Source: Octopus vulgaris (Eukaryota). From it: a DNA stretch of 64,000 nt. Position 1 is the stretch's first letter, and each line of letters starts with the position of its first letter. Below, in pieces: positions 40,566 to 53,449 of the stretch. A program made the position numbers and the translations under genes. The notes beneath the pieces are model-generated. The model did not search any database. It saw nothing but the letters and a program-made list of their open reading frames with translations, and was not told where the DNA came from. The stretch lies in assembly GCA_951406725.2 (NCBI GenBank), contig OX597819.1, positions 36,270,001 through 36,334,000 of the forward strand, read 5' to 3'.

Positions 40566-41110
40566 TAACAGAAATACCCGGCGTTGCCCTGCTTAAAGAA
40601 ACTAATGGAATTTTAAAATGCTGTCTAGATTACACAGGTCTCAACTGCTAGTGGCTGAGATACCAACTTTCTACATTAATAACTCTCCAACACAGTTGCC
40701 AGCAGAGAGTGAAAAAGATATGTATAGAGGGAGAGAGCAAGAGAGCTAGCTAGTTAGACAGACAAATAAGATAGATACAGATAGATATAGATAGATAAGA
40801 TATAGACAGATAGATAGAGAGATAGAGAGATAGAAATACAGAGATGGATAGAGATATATATTGATATAAAGAGATAGATAGATGTAGTTGTTACGTCATT
40901 GATGCTCGAAAACCGGAAGTAAATATTTTAAAAACTTTCAAAGACGTGAATGTAACATAAAAAGCATTATTTTTAATTTTTAATAAAAAAAATCAAATGA
41001 AGAGCCTAACATGTGTCGAAGGTCAAATTATTCAGGCATCACAAGTATGGAAGCAATTGGTGAAGCCGTTTTCGCGTGAAAAGCTAATACACATACATCT
41101 CTAATTTATA
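40563..41110. mobile_element. Helentron/HINE (DINE-1-like) non-autonomous element
   Basis: Start actaacagaaatacccggcgttgccc, internal (GATA)n, end ggtgaagccgttttcgcgtgaaaagc...tttatatata, typical of this class. Confidence 0.6.
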
Positions 41111-41384
41111 TATATATATATATATTTATATGAAATAACACTGACATCTCATTTCAACAAATATATTTACCAAAATTACATAAAAATATTTTGAAGTACT
41201 AAAGAGTAAATTCATTCAATAAAATCGCCATTGGCTTCAAACACGGAATCCAGACGACTTTGGAAAATTGACATGCCAAATTAGATGAATGCAAATGTAA
41301 GTTAAACATGCATATACATAAAACGGAAAACCGCATAAATGCATTAAGCATGAAAAATACAATACGAAAACAGGCTCAAATGGC

Positions 41385-42815
41385 CAGTTCATATTAAACA
41401 GTTTCTTAGGCCAATGGACCCGACGACCACTGCGGGTTGTCGTGACGTATGTTGGTGGAGGTGGGGAAGGTGCGTATAGCTGAGCTTGTGATGAGTGCGA
41501 TGGTGCAGTATTTGATTCTTGTTGAGTAGTGTATGAAGGTCACCCTTCATAAAAGGCTCTGGTGTGTGAGGGCCTGTATAGGCCCGCTTAAATCTATCGA
41601 TCGAGACTGTTTCTCGGGAACCATTCAAGCCTATGGTGAAATGTTTATCAGTGTGTGCCAACACGCGATAAGGTCCTGAGTAAGGAGGGTGAGATGACTT
41701 CTCACTGCGTCCTCACATACAAAAATGTGAACCATGAAGCAATATCCCATGGGACCGAAGATTTTACTATTTGATGTCGAGTACTCATTGGTGTCAGTTC
41801 TTGAAAATACGCACGCAGGCATTTAACATAAAGTGCCGGGTCTTGAATGGCAAGATCGGCTGGGGCAAGCATTTATTCTGGCAAAGACAAAGGAGCACCA
41901 TAAAGCAGATCAGTAGGAGGGAAACCTTCCTTAACCGATGTTCGAATACCGAGGAGGACAAGTGGAAGATACTCGGTCCAACGCTGAGTGTCAAGACAGG
42001 CTCGCAAAGCAACTTTCAGTTGTTGGTGGAAGCGCTCCACCATGCTGCTCGACGCAAGATGGTAGCTGGTAGTCCGAATCCGTTGAGTACCGATGACTTT
42101 TGTTAGCTCAGAAAAAAGGTAGGATTCGAATTGTCTGTCACGGTCTGAGGTAATGGTGGTAGGAACGCTGTAGCGCGATATCCAGGGCTCGCGCTAGGGA
42201 TTCAGCAGTAATGTCAGTTAATGGAATCACTTCAGGTTATCGGCTGAAGCGATCAGTGTAAGTCAAGATGTATGTAATTCTCTGACTGACAGGCCAGGGT
42301 CCCACAAGATCGATATGTATGCGAGAAAAACGAAAGTTAAAAGTGCCGAAAGGTGCACGAATGTGCTTGTGTACCTTAGACTTCTGGCACTGAAGATAAG
42401 AACCAGACCGCTCTGTAATTTCACGTCTCATATTTGGCAAGACGAATCTAGCCGTAATGAGTTTTACTGAGGCCGCGACGCCAGGATAAGCAAGACTATG
42501 CAAGGCATTGAAAACAATTTTACGGTGTTTCTCCGGAACGAAAGGACGAGGTGATTCTGTCGACATGTCACACAAAATGTTCTTGTCAGCAGTCGGTACT
42601 TGAATTCACACGTCGAAAATTCAGCAGATGTGGTGTCCAAGGAGTCCAAGAGAGGCTGATCTGAGGCTAAAATAGTTGAATCAATCACAGGAGTGGTTGC
42701 CAAGGAATTGATTGGCGAATGGGACAAAGCATCAGCAGCAGTATTCTGATATATAATGAATGTCGCCGGTAGACTGGGAAACGAAATCAAGATGTCTCAT
42801 CTCTTTTGGCGAAGG
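41385..42815 (-). mobile_element. Ty3/Gypsy integrase relic
   Basis: HHCC remnant (LHSLAYPG...LQCQKSK), IHIDLVGP.P, YILT.TDRFSR and TVSIDRFK; frameshifts and stops, no LTRs seen. Confidence 0.9.
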
Positions 42816-43999
42816 TAGAACGTTTATTATCCAAAATATCCAATCACTGCTGGCCGCGGAAGGATACACATGACCCAGCGGTGATTGGATGTTTTGGGCA
42901 TAGCACGGTAGTGCTATGCCACCACAACAAAATAGTGCTAATATATCTTACTACATATATATTTAAAAGTCTATGAGAATTACTTAATACAGTTTTGAAG
43001 TGTAAAGGTGATTTTCTCCAAAAAAAAAAAAAAAACTATTTAAAAAAATGTTATGAAATCTTTCATCAGGATATTACTAACCTTGTTTGGGAAGAAGTTT
43101 TTTTTCTGGTGTGCGAGAGCATTCGTTTATCCTGTTCAAACGCAGACACACACACGTGTGTGTGTCTGTGTTTGCGTGCGTGTGTGTATGTGTGTGGATG
43201 GATGTGTTAAGCTTCTTCGGCCCAATCACTAACACTTACAAGTTACCAACCACTTCACCTGCACCATTAAAAACGTTTTTTATTGCCTCTATAAGTTGGA
43301 GAATCTTGCCGTAGGCTAGCGGATCGTATCACTGAACAGTTACGTGGCATCTATCTAAACAACTCCACATCACCAAGTTGGGTGCTCCTCACCTTACTTT
43401 TATACACCATTTCCATTTCTCAGTCTGTGGTGTTATTTCTTAATATGCATTCCCTGATTTTCGCTACCAAAAAGAACAAGACCTGATCTTCTGCCTAGTT
43501 TTCTCCCCACTCCACTGAGTATGAATAGTGTTGTCACAATATCATAATTGCACCTTACCATACTGCCTTACATCTTCCTATATTTATCCCATCATACTAC
43601 ACCACATGTTTACACACACGTCTCACACACCACATTTACCATCTGCATTTTTACATTCATATACATTAAACATAGCGCAAACGGTACTGGTAAATTGACA
43701 AAACTACCAACCTCACATGCACATATTGACACACTGGCATGCACATCAATTCACCTTAAACCTACAAACATATCGTCAACCTACCTTCCCTTTACACATC
43801 CATCCACAGCAGAACACGCCACACAAATATATTGCGCAATGTACTACTCTTTTAATGCACACACAAAACCGGTTCTATATGTTCCCTAATAGCCTCTATT
43901 TTTCCCTTTCTCACTACTTCGCTCCATTCTTTTTCGTTCCTTCTTCATTCTTCTCCATTTTTCTACTTATTCTTTCTTTTTCAGTCATTCCAGCTCTCT

Positions 44000-44277
44000 T
44001 TCTCCATTTAACCCCAATGTGATATAGATTGCGCCTCCATGCCCGGTTGTCCTATTTTACACACTCCCTTTCATTCTAGCTGAAATCTGATGATAAATCG
44101 TTAGCCACTACACACATTTTTTTTCTCTCCTTGTTTTTTCTGTGTCCTTTTCTGTAGAAGAGCGTAGGCTCGAAACGTAAAAGATTTTTTTCTATTCCTG
44201 AGCGTTATACTAATAGATCTGTTTGTTTTGTACACCACCTGTCTTCGTCTTTTGTTTTTTTCGTGAACTCTCCCTAT
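44000..44277 (+). mobile_element. Penelope-like terminal repeat with variant hammerhead core
   Basis: CTGTAGA-A-GAGC-GTAG-GCTC-GAAA-CGTA at 44152-44179, followed by a TA tract. A related copy lies at ~9470-9635. Confidence 0.55.
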
Positions 44278-44309
44278 GTATATATGTATATATATATATA
44301 TATATATAT

Positions 44310-44426
44310 CACCGTGATCACCGTGACCGACCAGGCTATCAGATGTTACTACACATCGCTGGTCACAATGCGCTTCGCATTGTTTTAGCCTTCAAATGAT
44401 GCCACCCCGCTGGCTAACCGAGCAGG

Positions 44427-44429
<3 letters not shown>
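44310..44429 (-). mobile_element. ~120-nt structured element within (TA)n
   Basis: TA tracts on both sides; tail (tcacggtga)2. Confidence 0.75.
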
Positions 44430-44524
<95 letters not shown>

Positions 44525-44765
44525 TGTATGTAGGTAGGTAGGTAGGTATGTATATCTGTCTATGTATATATAAATATGTTCGCATGTGTGTATGTATATA
44601 TATATATATGGGCGGGGCTACGTGTGCATGGGCGCATCCTATAACTTTTTGATTCCTGAATAAAGCTATACATCGCCACTAATGCAGTTACCAATGAGCT
44701 TATGTCCTACAATCTATGATGCTCTTCCTACGTATATTATTTGTGTCCTTACACTTTAGATCAAT

Positions 44766-44823
<58 letters not shown>

Positions 44824-45029
44824 CACGCGCGCGTGCGTATATACTTGAAAGGTATGCATTGATTTCTTTCGATTATTCATGATCCAATATCCTATAGTTT
44901 TATTGACGATGTAAAAATGAACGGTAACATCGGCCTAAGAGTTATTTGAAACTGCAGTAGTTACATACGAAACATGTCAACTCGAAATCGAAGTTGGTAC
45001 TCCATTATTTCTCCACAAAATTTGTATAT

Positions 45030-45388
45030 AGGCGCAGGTGTGGCTGTGTGGTAAGTAGCTTGTTAACCAACCACATGGTTCCGGGTTCAGTCCCACTGCG
45101 TGGGCCGACCAATGCCTTGTGAGTGAATTTGGTAGATGGAAACTGAAAGAAGCCTGTCGTATATATGTATGTATATATATATATGTGTGTGTTTGTGTGT
45201 CTGTGTTGCTTGACAATCGATGCTGGTATGTTTACGACCCCGTCACTTAGCGGTTCGGCAGAAGAGACCGATAGAATAAGTACTGGGCTTACAAAGAATA
45301 AGTCCCGGGGTCGATTTGCTCGACTAAAGGCGGTGCTCTAGCATGGCCGCAGTTAAATGACTTAAACAAGTAAAAGAGTAAAGAGTAT
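45030..45388 (+). mobile_element. SINE family B
   Basis: Near full-length copy. Confidence 0.9.
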
Positions 45389-47509
45389 ATTGGAATTTAC
45401 ATAAATTTCTGACATAAAATTTCAAAGCTCATTGAAAAAGTATATGTATGGAGTTGTCTATTCCTCTATGTGTATATGCAGATAGGTAATGAATATGTGT
45501 GTGTGTGTGTATGCGTTTGTAAATGTGTGCATTTTCAGTTTGATGTTGATGCATTTTAGAGTAGTTGTTACTAGTAAATATCACTTTACACTTGAATTCT
45601 CATGCATATAGGACCCTCCAACTGGTCAACCAGAAGGTAACCTTGTAAGTAAGTCTCGCCTACGAGTACAGAATCCTTCTCTTGTCAGGACACCTGACAG
45701 GCCTTCCCATGTCCGCACATTTTAATTGAGTACCCCCACGCGGGCTTAAACTGACTTGATAAGTGATCCCAGAATAACAGTTAATCCAGAGATACAGATT
45801 CATCCCAGTAGACATGTTCCAGCACCTATCAACCTCTGAACTGCCGCCTTGTGAGTTTTGGAATGTAAAAGCTCGTGACAAACAATCGGTATTGTTTTTA
45901 AACGGTTTCGGACAGCATAGAATTCCAGTAACCTCTTGAAGCTAGGAGGGTACTTTTGTTGTTTTGGGTTCCTTTTAATGCTAGATCTACATCATTTGCA
46001 GCCAAGATAATGTAACTAGGAAATGCGCAATCCTAACGTCGCCATAATACTTCATAAGAAGGGTTATCTTGTCATAAAATACAAACCTCTTATCTATATG
46101 ATGACTACAGAGATTCTGGTACGTGAGCTGGTGCGAATGTACTGAGAGCTTCTAACTAGAACTCTACGTGATGTCAGCTGGAACAGATGGAATGGGTCTT
46201 TAACAAATCCATATGAGAATAAACACCTCTGTCAAGGAACTACGTTAGATATTCCAACTGGAAAAAAGACAAGGAAACGTGACCTAAAATTTTCAACGGG
46301 CTCTGGGCAATGAATTGCATGTTTTAGGAGATTCAACTCACCTATCAGAACCCCAACCACACGCGATATATCACTTAAATTTGTTACCAAAGTAACGAAA
46401 ACCATAATTTTAAGTATGTCTCCCTTCACTGCCTTTGTGCATTAAAGTCCCATAATACCCCAACTTCAAGTAATTTACCTGTAACTTTCCGCAAAGAAGG
46501 ACGCAAAACATACGAAGGAAGTCACTCATCAATACCTTACAAGGAATTAGGGATCTTTTATCGATCAGTGCAATGTGTGCACGTATTTCTACTTCATAAA
46601 CTATCGTAGAGACTTTTGGCTCTTTACATATATTCAATTGAAAACTCTTCTTCTCCACAACTTAATCAAAATGTATGCACATATTTTCTTTTCTTTTTGT
46701 GCCGTTTTTTCAAAGAGAAGGTAACGAATTTGAAGTGTAGGTACATTGGTGGATAAAATGCCCTGCGATATTTCTTCTGATTCTCTGTGTTCTCAGTTCA
46801 AAACTTACTGAGATCAACTTTGTCTTTTGATCCTTTCAAGGGCGATAAAAAAAGTATCAGTCCTGAAAGATAGACTGGCCGAACTGCAAAATGGTTGGGC
46901 AAAATGCTTTAGGGTATCTATTTAGGCTTTTTGCGTTCTGAGAGCAACACCTGCAATAACACTGATTTCAGGTTGTATCAACTCAAATCGGAGACCTTTT
47001 ACCCTTTTGATAACATTTATAAAGTGAAACAGGAGAGGCTTACATGCTTGAGCAACTACCAGTCTTCATTAAAATTTATTATTCAGGCCTGCACATATAA
47101 GTATAGATTTATAATCAAATTTGACCAGTTGAAGTCTTTACAAAATCAGAGCGGAAATGTTAGTTCCTCTGCCCCCTGTTTTTCAGAGTCCTGATGGGAG
47201 AAAGTTATTCTCAAACTCGAGACCTGGCTCGAATGCTAGCAAGATATTAAATTCCATTAAAGGCACTCAAGGACCATGTAGTGTTGTTAACCCAGACAAT
47301 GGATAAACTCAACCACTTGAGAACGCAAAACGCCAATGGTCAATCCCGCAAGGCATATATTCCGATGCCTTAACAATTTCACTAACCCACTGCCCCAGAC
47401 TAGTTCATTATTTACCGACTCTGTAAGGATGTTGAAAGAATAAATTGACTTTGGCTGGGTTTGAACTCATTGTACAGAGACTGGGACAAATACGTTCTAC
47501 GATTCAATC

Positions 47510-47910
47510 AATTCTTTTCTACTCTAGGCACAAGGCACAAAATTTTGGGGGAGGGGTCCAGTCGATTAGACCGACCCCAGTACGTAACTGGTACTTAATT
47601 TATCGACCCCGAAAGGATGGAAGGCAAAGTTGACCTCGGCGGAATTTGAACTCAGAACGTAACGACAGACGAAATACCCATTTCTTTATTACCCACAAGG
47701 GGCTAAGCACAGAAGGGACAAACAAGGACAGACAAACGGATTAAGTCGATTATATCGACCCCAGTGCATAACTGATACTTAATTTATCGACCCCGAAAGG
47801 ATGAAAGGCAAAGTCGACCTCGGCAGAATTTGAACTCAGAACGTGACGACAGAAGACATACCGCTTAGCACTTCGCCCGGCGTGCTAACGCTTCTGCCAG
47901 CTCGCCGCCT
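47510..47910 (-). mobile_element. SINE family A, dimeric form
   Basis: Same two-unit structure as 10940-11332. Confidence 0.9.
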
Positions 47911-48648
47911 TACGATTTTATCAATTTACTGCCTCCTAGATCAGAGTCCAAGAATCAGATCGCATACCTTTAGAAGATATTAATTGTTTGTAAGTTCCAA
48001 GAAGACTGCTAATGTAGTTCATTCTTGAAAGCTTTTAAGTTTTGGTTAAAATCGAAATTAAATTACTAATTAGCTTAGGAACTACCCGAATAATCAGCTC
48101 TTTATATTGAACAGACCTCTCAGTCCTACTAATCCTCTGCACGTTTGCTTAGTTCTATTGAATAGTGTTACGTTACATTTTTGACGCATTCTACAATTTC
48201 TGTAATGGGATAAAAGAAAACACGCAACCGAAGGTATTTTAATTAGCCATAAATCGTACCTTCTTCATATCATTATCAAAGCCACACATTTAAGGAGCGG
48301 ATACAGCTGATAGGCAGAATCACTAGAGCTTTAGCTAAAATGCTTGTGGTATACAGGTAACGAACTTTTTTACTTTTTGAGTTCAAATCCAGTCGCAGTC
48401 AACTTTACATTTCATTATCCTGGTGTATATAAAAGAAAAAAACTAGTAAGATACTGAGGTCGACATAATTTTCATATAAAACATCTTAGAGATGAAAAAA
48501 AAGTGTAAACAGATTACTGAGACTTTAGTTCTTGACTAGTATTACTTTGATGGATGCAGATATAATGAAAGTCAGTCGACTCTAGCGGGATGTGAACTAA
48601 GAACTTAAAGAGATTTCACAATATATTGTCATGTACTGTGTCCGGCAC

Positions 48649-49177
48649 GCAAATTTTTTTCCCCACAAGAGTTCTGGACCCTAGTTATGAACACATTTGC
48701 ATACAGCCAATCAGAGCTCAGTTATCAAACTAATTTATGAGCGCATAACAAGTGATGGGCGATAAGATAAGGTCACTTGGGTAAGGAATGATCATGCTTC
48801 TTTTCTCTTTTGACAATGCTTGTTGTTCTTGTTTCGACCATGGCTGCCTCTGCGTAGTTATTTGTATTGTTGTTTACTTTGTAAAACAGTAAAGGGAGAA
48901 GGTTGCTAGCACATCACCCTCTGCCCACATTTTTCCCTTATGGGGTCCTAACAAATTCCGATAATAGCTATAGATGCAAATCTGTCTAATTACTTGTCTC
49001 CTTCTAAAATCAGTCATAACTTGGCGATCGGTCAACTTACAACACCGTTCTTCGTCTTGAGTTTACTTGGTAGAGTGTGTTTGTTAACTTGACAACAACG
49101 TCAAGGTGAGATCTGATTGGCTGTATGCAAATGAGTTCATTACTGGGGTCCGGAACTCTCGTGGGAAAAAATTTCGC
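48649..49177. mobile_element. Mutator-like MITE
   Basis: ~70-bp imperfect TIRs; 9-bp TSD gtccggcac at 48640-48648 and 49178-49186; inserted in a decayed SINE A. Confidence 0.75.
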
Positions 49178-49744
49178 GTCCGGCACTCACCGATTCGGCT
49201 AGCTACATTTCACTTTCTGCAAATTGTAACTGCATAGTTCCCATATATTTTAATATTGTCTATTTCATTTCTTCCTAGTTTTAACTCAAACATGATATAT
49301 TTCCGTATATTTATTTAGAAAGGGGTTAAAAAACAACACAAACTGCAAAACCTAAATTTATCATTGACAATAAAAAATAAAAAAATCATATTTTAAAGGG
49401 AGACTACGTACAATAGTTTAGGAGTTATCTTCCTTTAATTTGACTGCTTTTATAGTATCTGTCGTATATTTAGTGATATTTTCCAACACCCACACACGCG
49501 CGTCTGGATTAATATGCGTATATGTTATTGTTTAGACCAGGGATGGGCAACATTTTGTCAAATGGGACATTTACAAATGGGAGTGGACCGCATGATACAA
49601 CATATATGCATGAAATGTTACTTGCCCACTTTACACTGAATTTTTTGCAGTTGTTCTTAATTTTATTTGTCTTAGTATAAAAGTTTACATTAAGCTGGCA
49701 TGGGGTCTATATAAGATTTTAGAGGGTCCACGCAAGCAGAATAG

Positions 49745-50196
49745 AGATCTTCTCGGTTTGAACGGCAGTTTTTAACATAATTTCTAGGTTACTAAAAAAT
49801 TTGAAACTTCGTATACTGGTAGAATGTGTTTATAAAACATCTTTTTCTCTTCGCTTTATTGAGAAAATTCTATAGTTTGTAAGATATTCGTTGTTTTTTT
49901 TCTTCAATTTCTGCAATTTCAACCAATCACTGACGTCTATTGGGGTAAAAAAAAAACATTCTGTGCCGTATGAATATGTCCCTCGTTTAAGAAACAGATT
50001 GGGTTTATTTACATTTGTGAAGAAAAAAAGATACCCTTCCCTCCGCCCTTAATCCTAACCCTAACCCAAACCCTAACTAACCCTAACCCTAAAACAGATT
50101 GAAATGCAATAGATCGATACTAGGGTCATAATTATGAGTGACAATTTCATCTGACACCGCTAGAAAAAAAACTGCCGTTCAAACCGAAAACATTCC
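49745..50196 (-). mobile_element. Merlin-like MITE, reverse copy
   Basis: Full-length with (CCCTAA)n. Partial copies at 17020-17352 and 38055-38360. Confidence 0.85.
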
Positions 50197-50686
50197 AGTA
50201 GTGCTTTCAAACCTGGTTAGTCCATCTAGTGAAGTTGGAGGCAGTTTAGCATGAGTCATATTTGTAACTGGATGGTTTGTGGTGCCTGGTTAACTTGATG
50301 GAGGATATCAGACGAACAGTGGGTTGATCTACTCTTTTGGATATACCCTGACTTTTATCCCAGTCATTGCCCTTCTGTATTGTGGGTGAGTCCATAATGA
50401 ATCACCTTTGCCGAACCGCTAAGTTACGGGGGACTTAAATACACCAACACGGGTTGTCAAACAGTGGGGGACGGAGCAAGTACAGACAGAAACACACTCG
50501 CGCACACAAACACTCACACACACACACATACACACACACAAACAAACAAACAAACACACACATGCACACAAAATTTTACAACTTTTTAAAAAAGGTTATT
50601 TTTTTTAATAAGTCACCTTAAAACTTAAAAACTATATTAAGTAATTTTTCACAAATACCTTCAAATACACACACACACACACACAC

Positions 50687-50815
50687 ATCATCATCATTTC
50701 ATCATTGTTCGACCGTGGTCGAGACAATGGAATTTACCATGCTACGCCAGACTTCACGGTCCATCATGGCATTACGGAGGTCCTGTTGCTGGATGCCTGT
50801 ATCCCTGGAGATTAC
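50687..50815 (-). mobile_element. Second RTE family, C-terminal fragment
   Basis: Translates as ISRDTGIQQQDLRNAMMDREVWRSMV followed by (GAT)n. Confidence 0.7.
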
Positions 50816-50824
50816 ACACACACA

Positions 50825-51102
50825 CATTTAAAGATGGGGGTTTAGTTTACAGGTGATGTAAACGATTAGGTACACTAGGTAAGTCCTGCAATGGATTACT
50901 AGGGCTGCAAGGTTATAGCCAAGATGGTAGTTATGGAACCATTGCAGATTTCCCATATAGTGGATATATAATTGTTAAAGAGGACAACAAACGTTAAGCA
51001 AGGCAAACATCTCAAATCATATTCATTACTATTATTAGAAAAAAAAAATTCAAAGTTTTACAGCTGTTTCTGGGATATCCCAAAGTATGGGATATTCCAT
51101 CA
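50825..51102 (-). mobile_element. Penelope-like relic with 5'-truncated hammerhead
   Basis: Minus strand: TGA-tggaatatccca-tact-ttgggatatccca-GAAA-CAGCTG-TA. The 5' CUGA is missing at the junction with a Tc1/mariner element. Confidence 0.45.
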
Positions 51103-52370
51103 CGTTGTTCGGTGAATAAATTGTCATTTAAATTACACAAAAAAGAAAATAACATCTACATTTCATTTTAACAGATATATTTACCAAAATTACATAAAAA
51201 TATCTTGAAATACTAAAGAGTAAATTTATTCTATAAAATTGCCATTAGCTTCAACCACGGCCTCCAGACAACTTCGGAATCTCCTGTAACTCATCTGGAC
51301 GGTCTCCTTGTTTAAGTTGGTGAATACTGCCATAATCCTGACCTTCAGTTCATCTTTGGTGTTACAAGGAGTTTTGTGGTATCTCGTTCAACTGTGCTCC
51401 ACACATAATAATCAAGCAGGTTGCAGTTTGGGGAGTTAGGTGGCCAGATGTTAGGGATCATGTGGTTGCAGAAATTGTCTGACAGCCGTTTCTGTGTGGC
51501 ATGGTGCAGAGTCCTGTTGCCAGACACAGGGTCTTCTAGCAACCACCTTCTTGACCCAGGGCAGCACTACCTCCTCCAGGCACTTGATGTAGGCCTCTGG
51601 GGTTGTGTGGGAAGATGAATGGAGCTATCACTAACGATTACTCCAAACACCATGATGTTGACTGGATGTTTTTTTTTTATCACTCTTGGTGCATGTTTTG
51701 GGGACACAGCAAGCCAACAGTTGTTCTGTGTGTTCACCATCTGATCCTGGCTGAAATTTTTCTTGTCTGAGAAAAACCAAAGCATGATTGGTTGGAGGGG
51801 ATACTGGAATTTGTTCAAAAACTTCGTAATGCCATCTTTCCTCTTGTCTTTGATGGCTTGGGATAAAAATCGGCCCTGTCTCATCTTGTATGAAGAATAC
51901 CGAATGTCTTCATGCACTACCTGCCTGATAAGAAACTCAGACACTCCCATGTCCCTAGGGATGGACCTGGTTGACTTGGAGAGATTGTTGTCAATCATGT
52001 CCTAGATCTCACCAACAAATTCAGCAGTTCTTTTCTTATCAGAACGATCATATTGAGTTTTCCAAGCTGCTGTACCATCGTGATCACCATTAGACTCATC
52101 CAGCTCTTTCTGAATCCTCTGCACTGTCCTCAGATTGACACCCAAACACTCTGAAATGTTTGTATTGGAGCTTCCGGCACAAATGCCAAGCAGTACAGCA
52201 TGTCATTTCCAAATTTCTGGCAGAGCAAATTATGTTATAGTACTGTTTTTCTCATGGATGGTACCTAACTGACCCTACTATATTGTGTAGCTGACAAAAT
52301 CAAAAGCAAGCAATGCACATGTGCAAAATTAAATATATATAAAATGGTAACAATTTACCCATACACCCTG
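51103..52370 (-). mobile_element. Tc1/mariner element, DD37D (maT)-like, decayed
   Basis: WFFSD.KNF, IMVFGVI, WPPNSPNCNLLDYYVW; terminus ta-cagggtg at 52370. Related fragments at ~7040-7365 and ~41140-41270. Confidence 0.8.
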
Positions 52371-53449
52371 TATATCAGTGGCAACTCAGGCACTCGGGCA
52401 GCTCGTGCTTAGTCCGAGTGTAAATTTAGTAAAATGAACGTGTATTTGCAAGCTGAATTTAATTTCTGCCAACACTGACTTCAAGTATGTAATTGCAGCC
52501 AATAACTCAGTCTCCTTTTATTGAGCCATTTTTGTTCAACAACTAGCGGTCATCTTAGAGATGCCCCAGTGTCAAAAAATATCATTTGTAACAGACGTTC
52601 TCTTGACATCATTCACATGTGCCTAACTTGGCCTCAGAAGTTACAGCCTGAGATGTTATCTATAATTGTAAGAATTAAAAGTAACTCAAATTCAATGTTT
52701 TCTTGAAACAATAAATTTCTATAGCGGTTACGATTTAAATTGCAATCTATGAAAAGTTTCTGTTCTACAATATTCTTAAAGGAATGAAAAATTACCCACT
52801 AACTCGAACTCATATGAACAAGCCTGGTAGGTATGAAAACTGACATCTCTGACATCAAAAATATAGGTGACAGTCAGATCGCTGATGTTTGTTGTGGATT
52901 CAGCTGTCATTATTCGATTGCTGTTATTCTGTGCATTTGTGTGTAAAAATCAGTTGTGTTTTGCAGGGTTGCTTTATTTTTACCCTTAACTTAGAAAAGG
53001 AGAAATATGTAGTGTCATATATAAAAATAAGCCACTTGGGGCTAGAAATATTGTGGAAAAATGTGAAATTCTTTAAGCAGGCATATGACTTATGTGAAAT
53101 CTGTGATGAACCTGAGTGATGCTGATGACCTGGAGTCACCTCTGGTATATATATATATGTATAAACAGTTCAAAACTATAAAACCATATATTTCTTAAAG
53201 TTATTTAGAAATTTAGCCCTGTATTTAAATGGACTAGTGGGTATAATATATTGTAAATGAGTATTTCATGAATACTTTGAAATGTAAACCTTGTACCATT
53301 ATTATCACATTACAGCATCTGATTTCCCAATTTTTTTCTAGCATATCAATACTTCAATACTATAAAACCACTAATACATTTTCCTTTCTTTCTAGATTGT
53401 TTCAGAAAATATTGACTGAATTGTATTCTCTGTGATCCAGATTACATTT

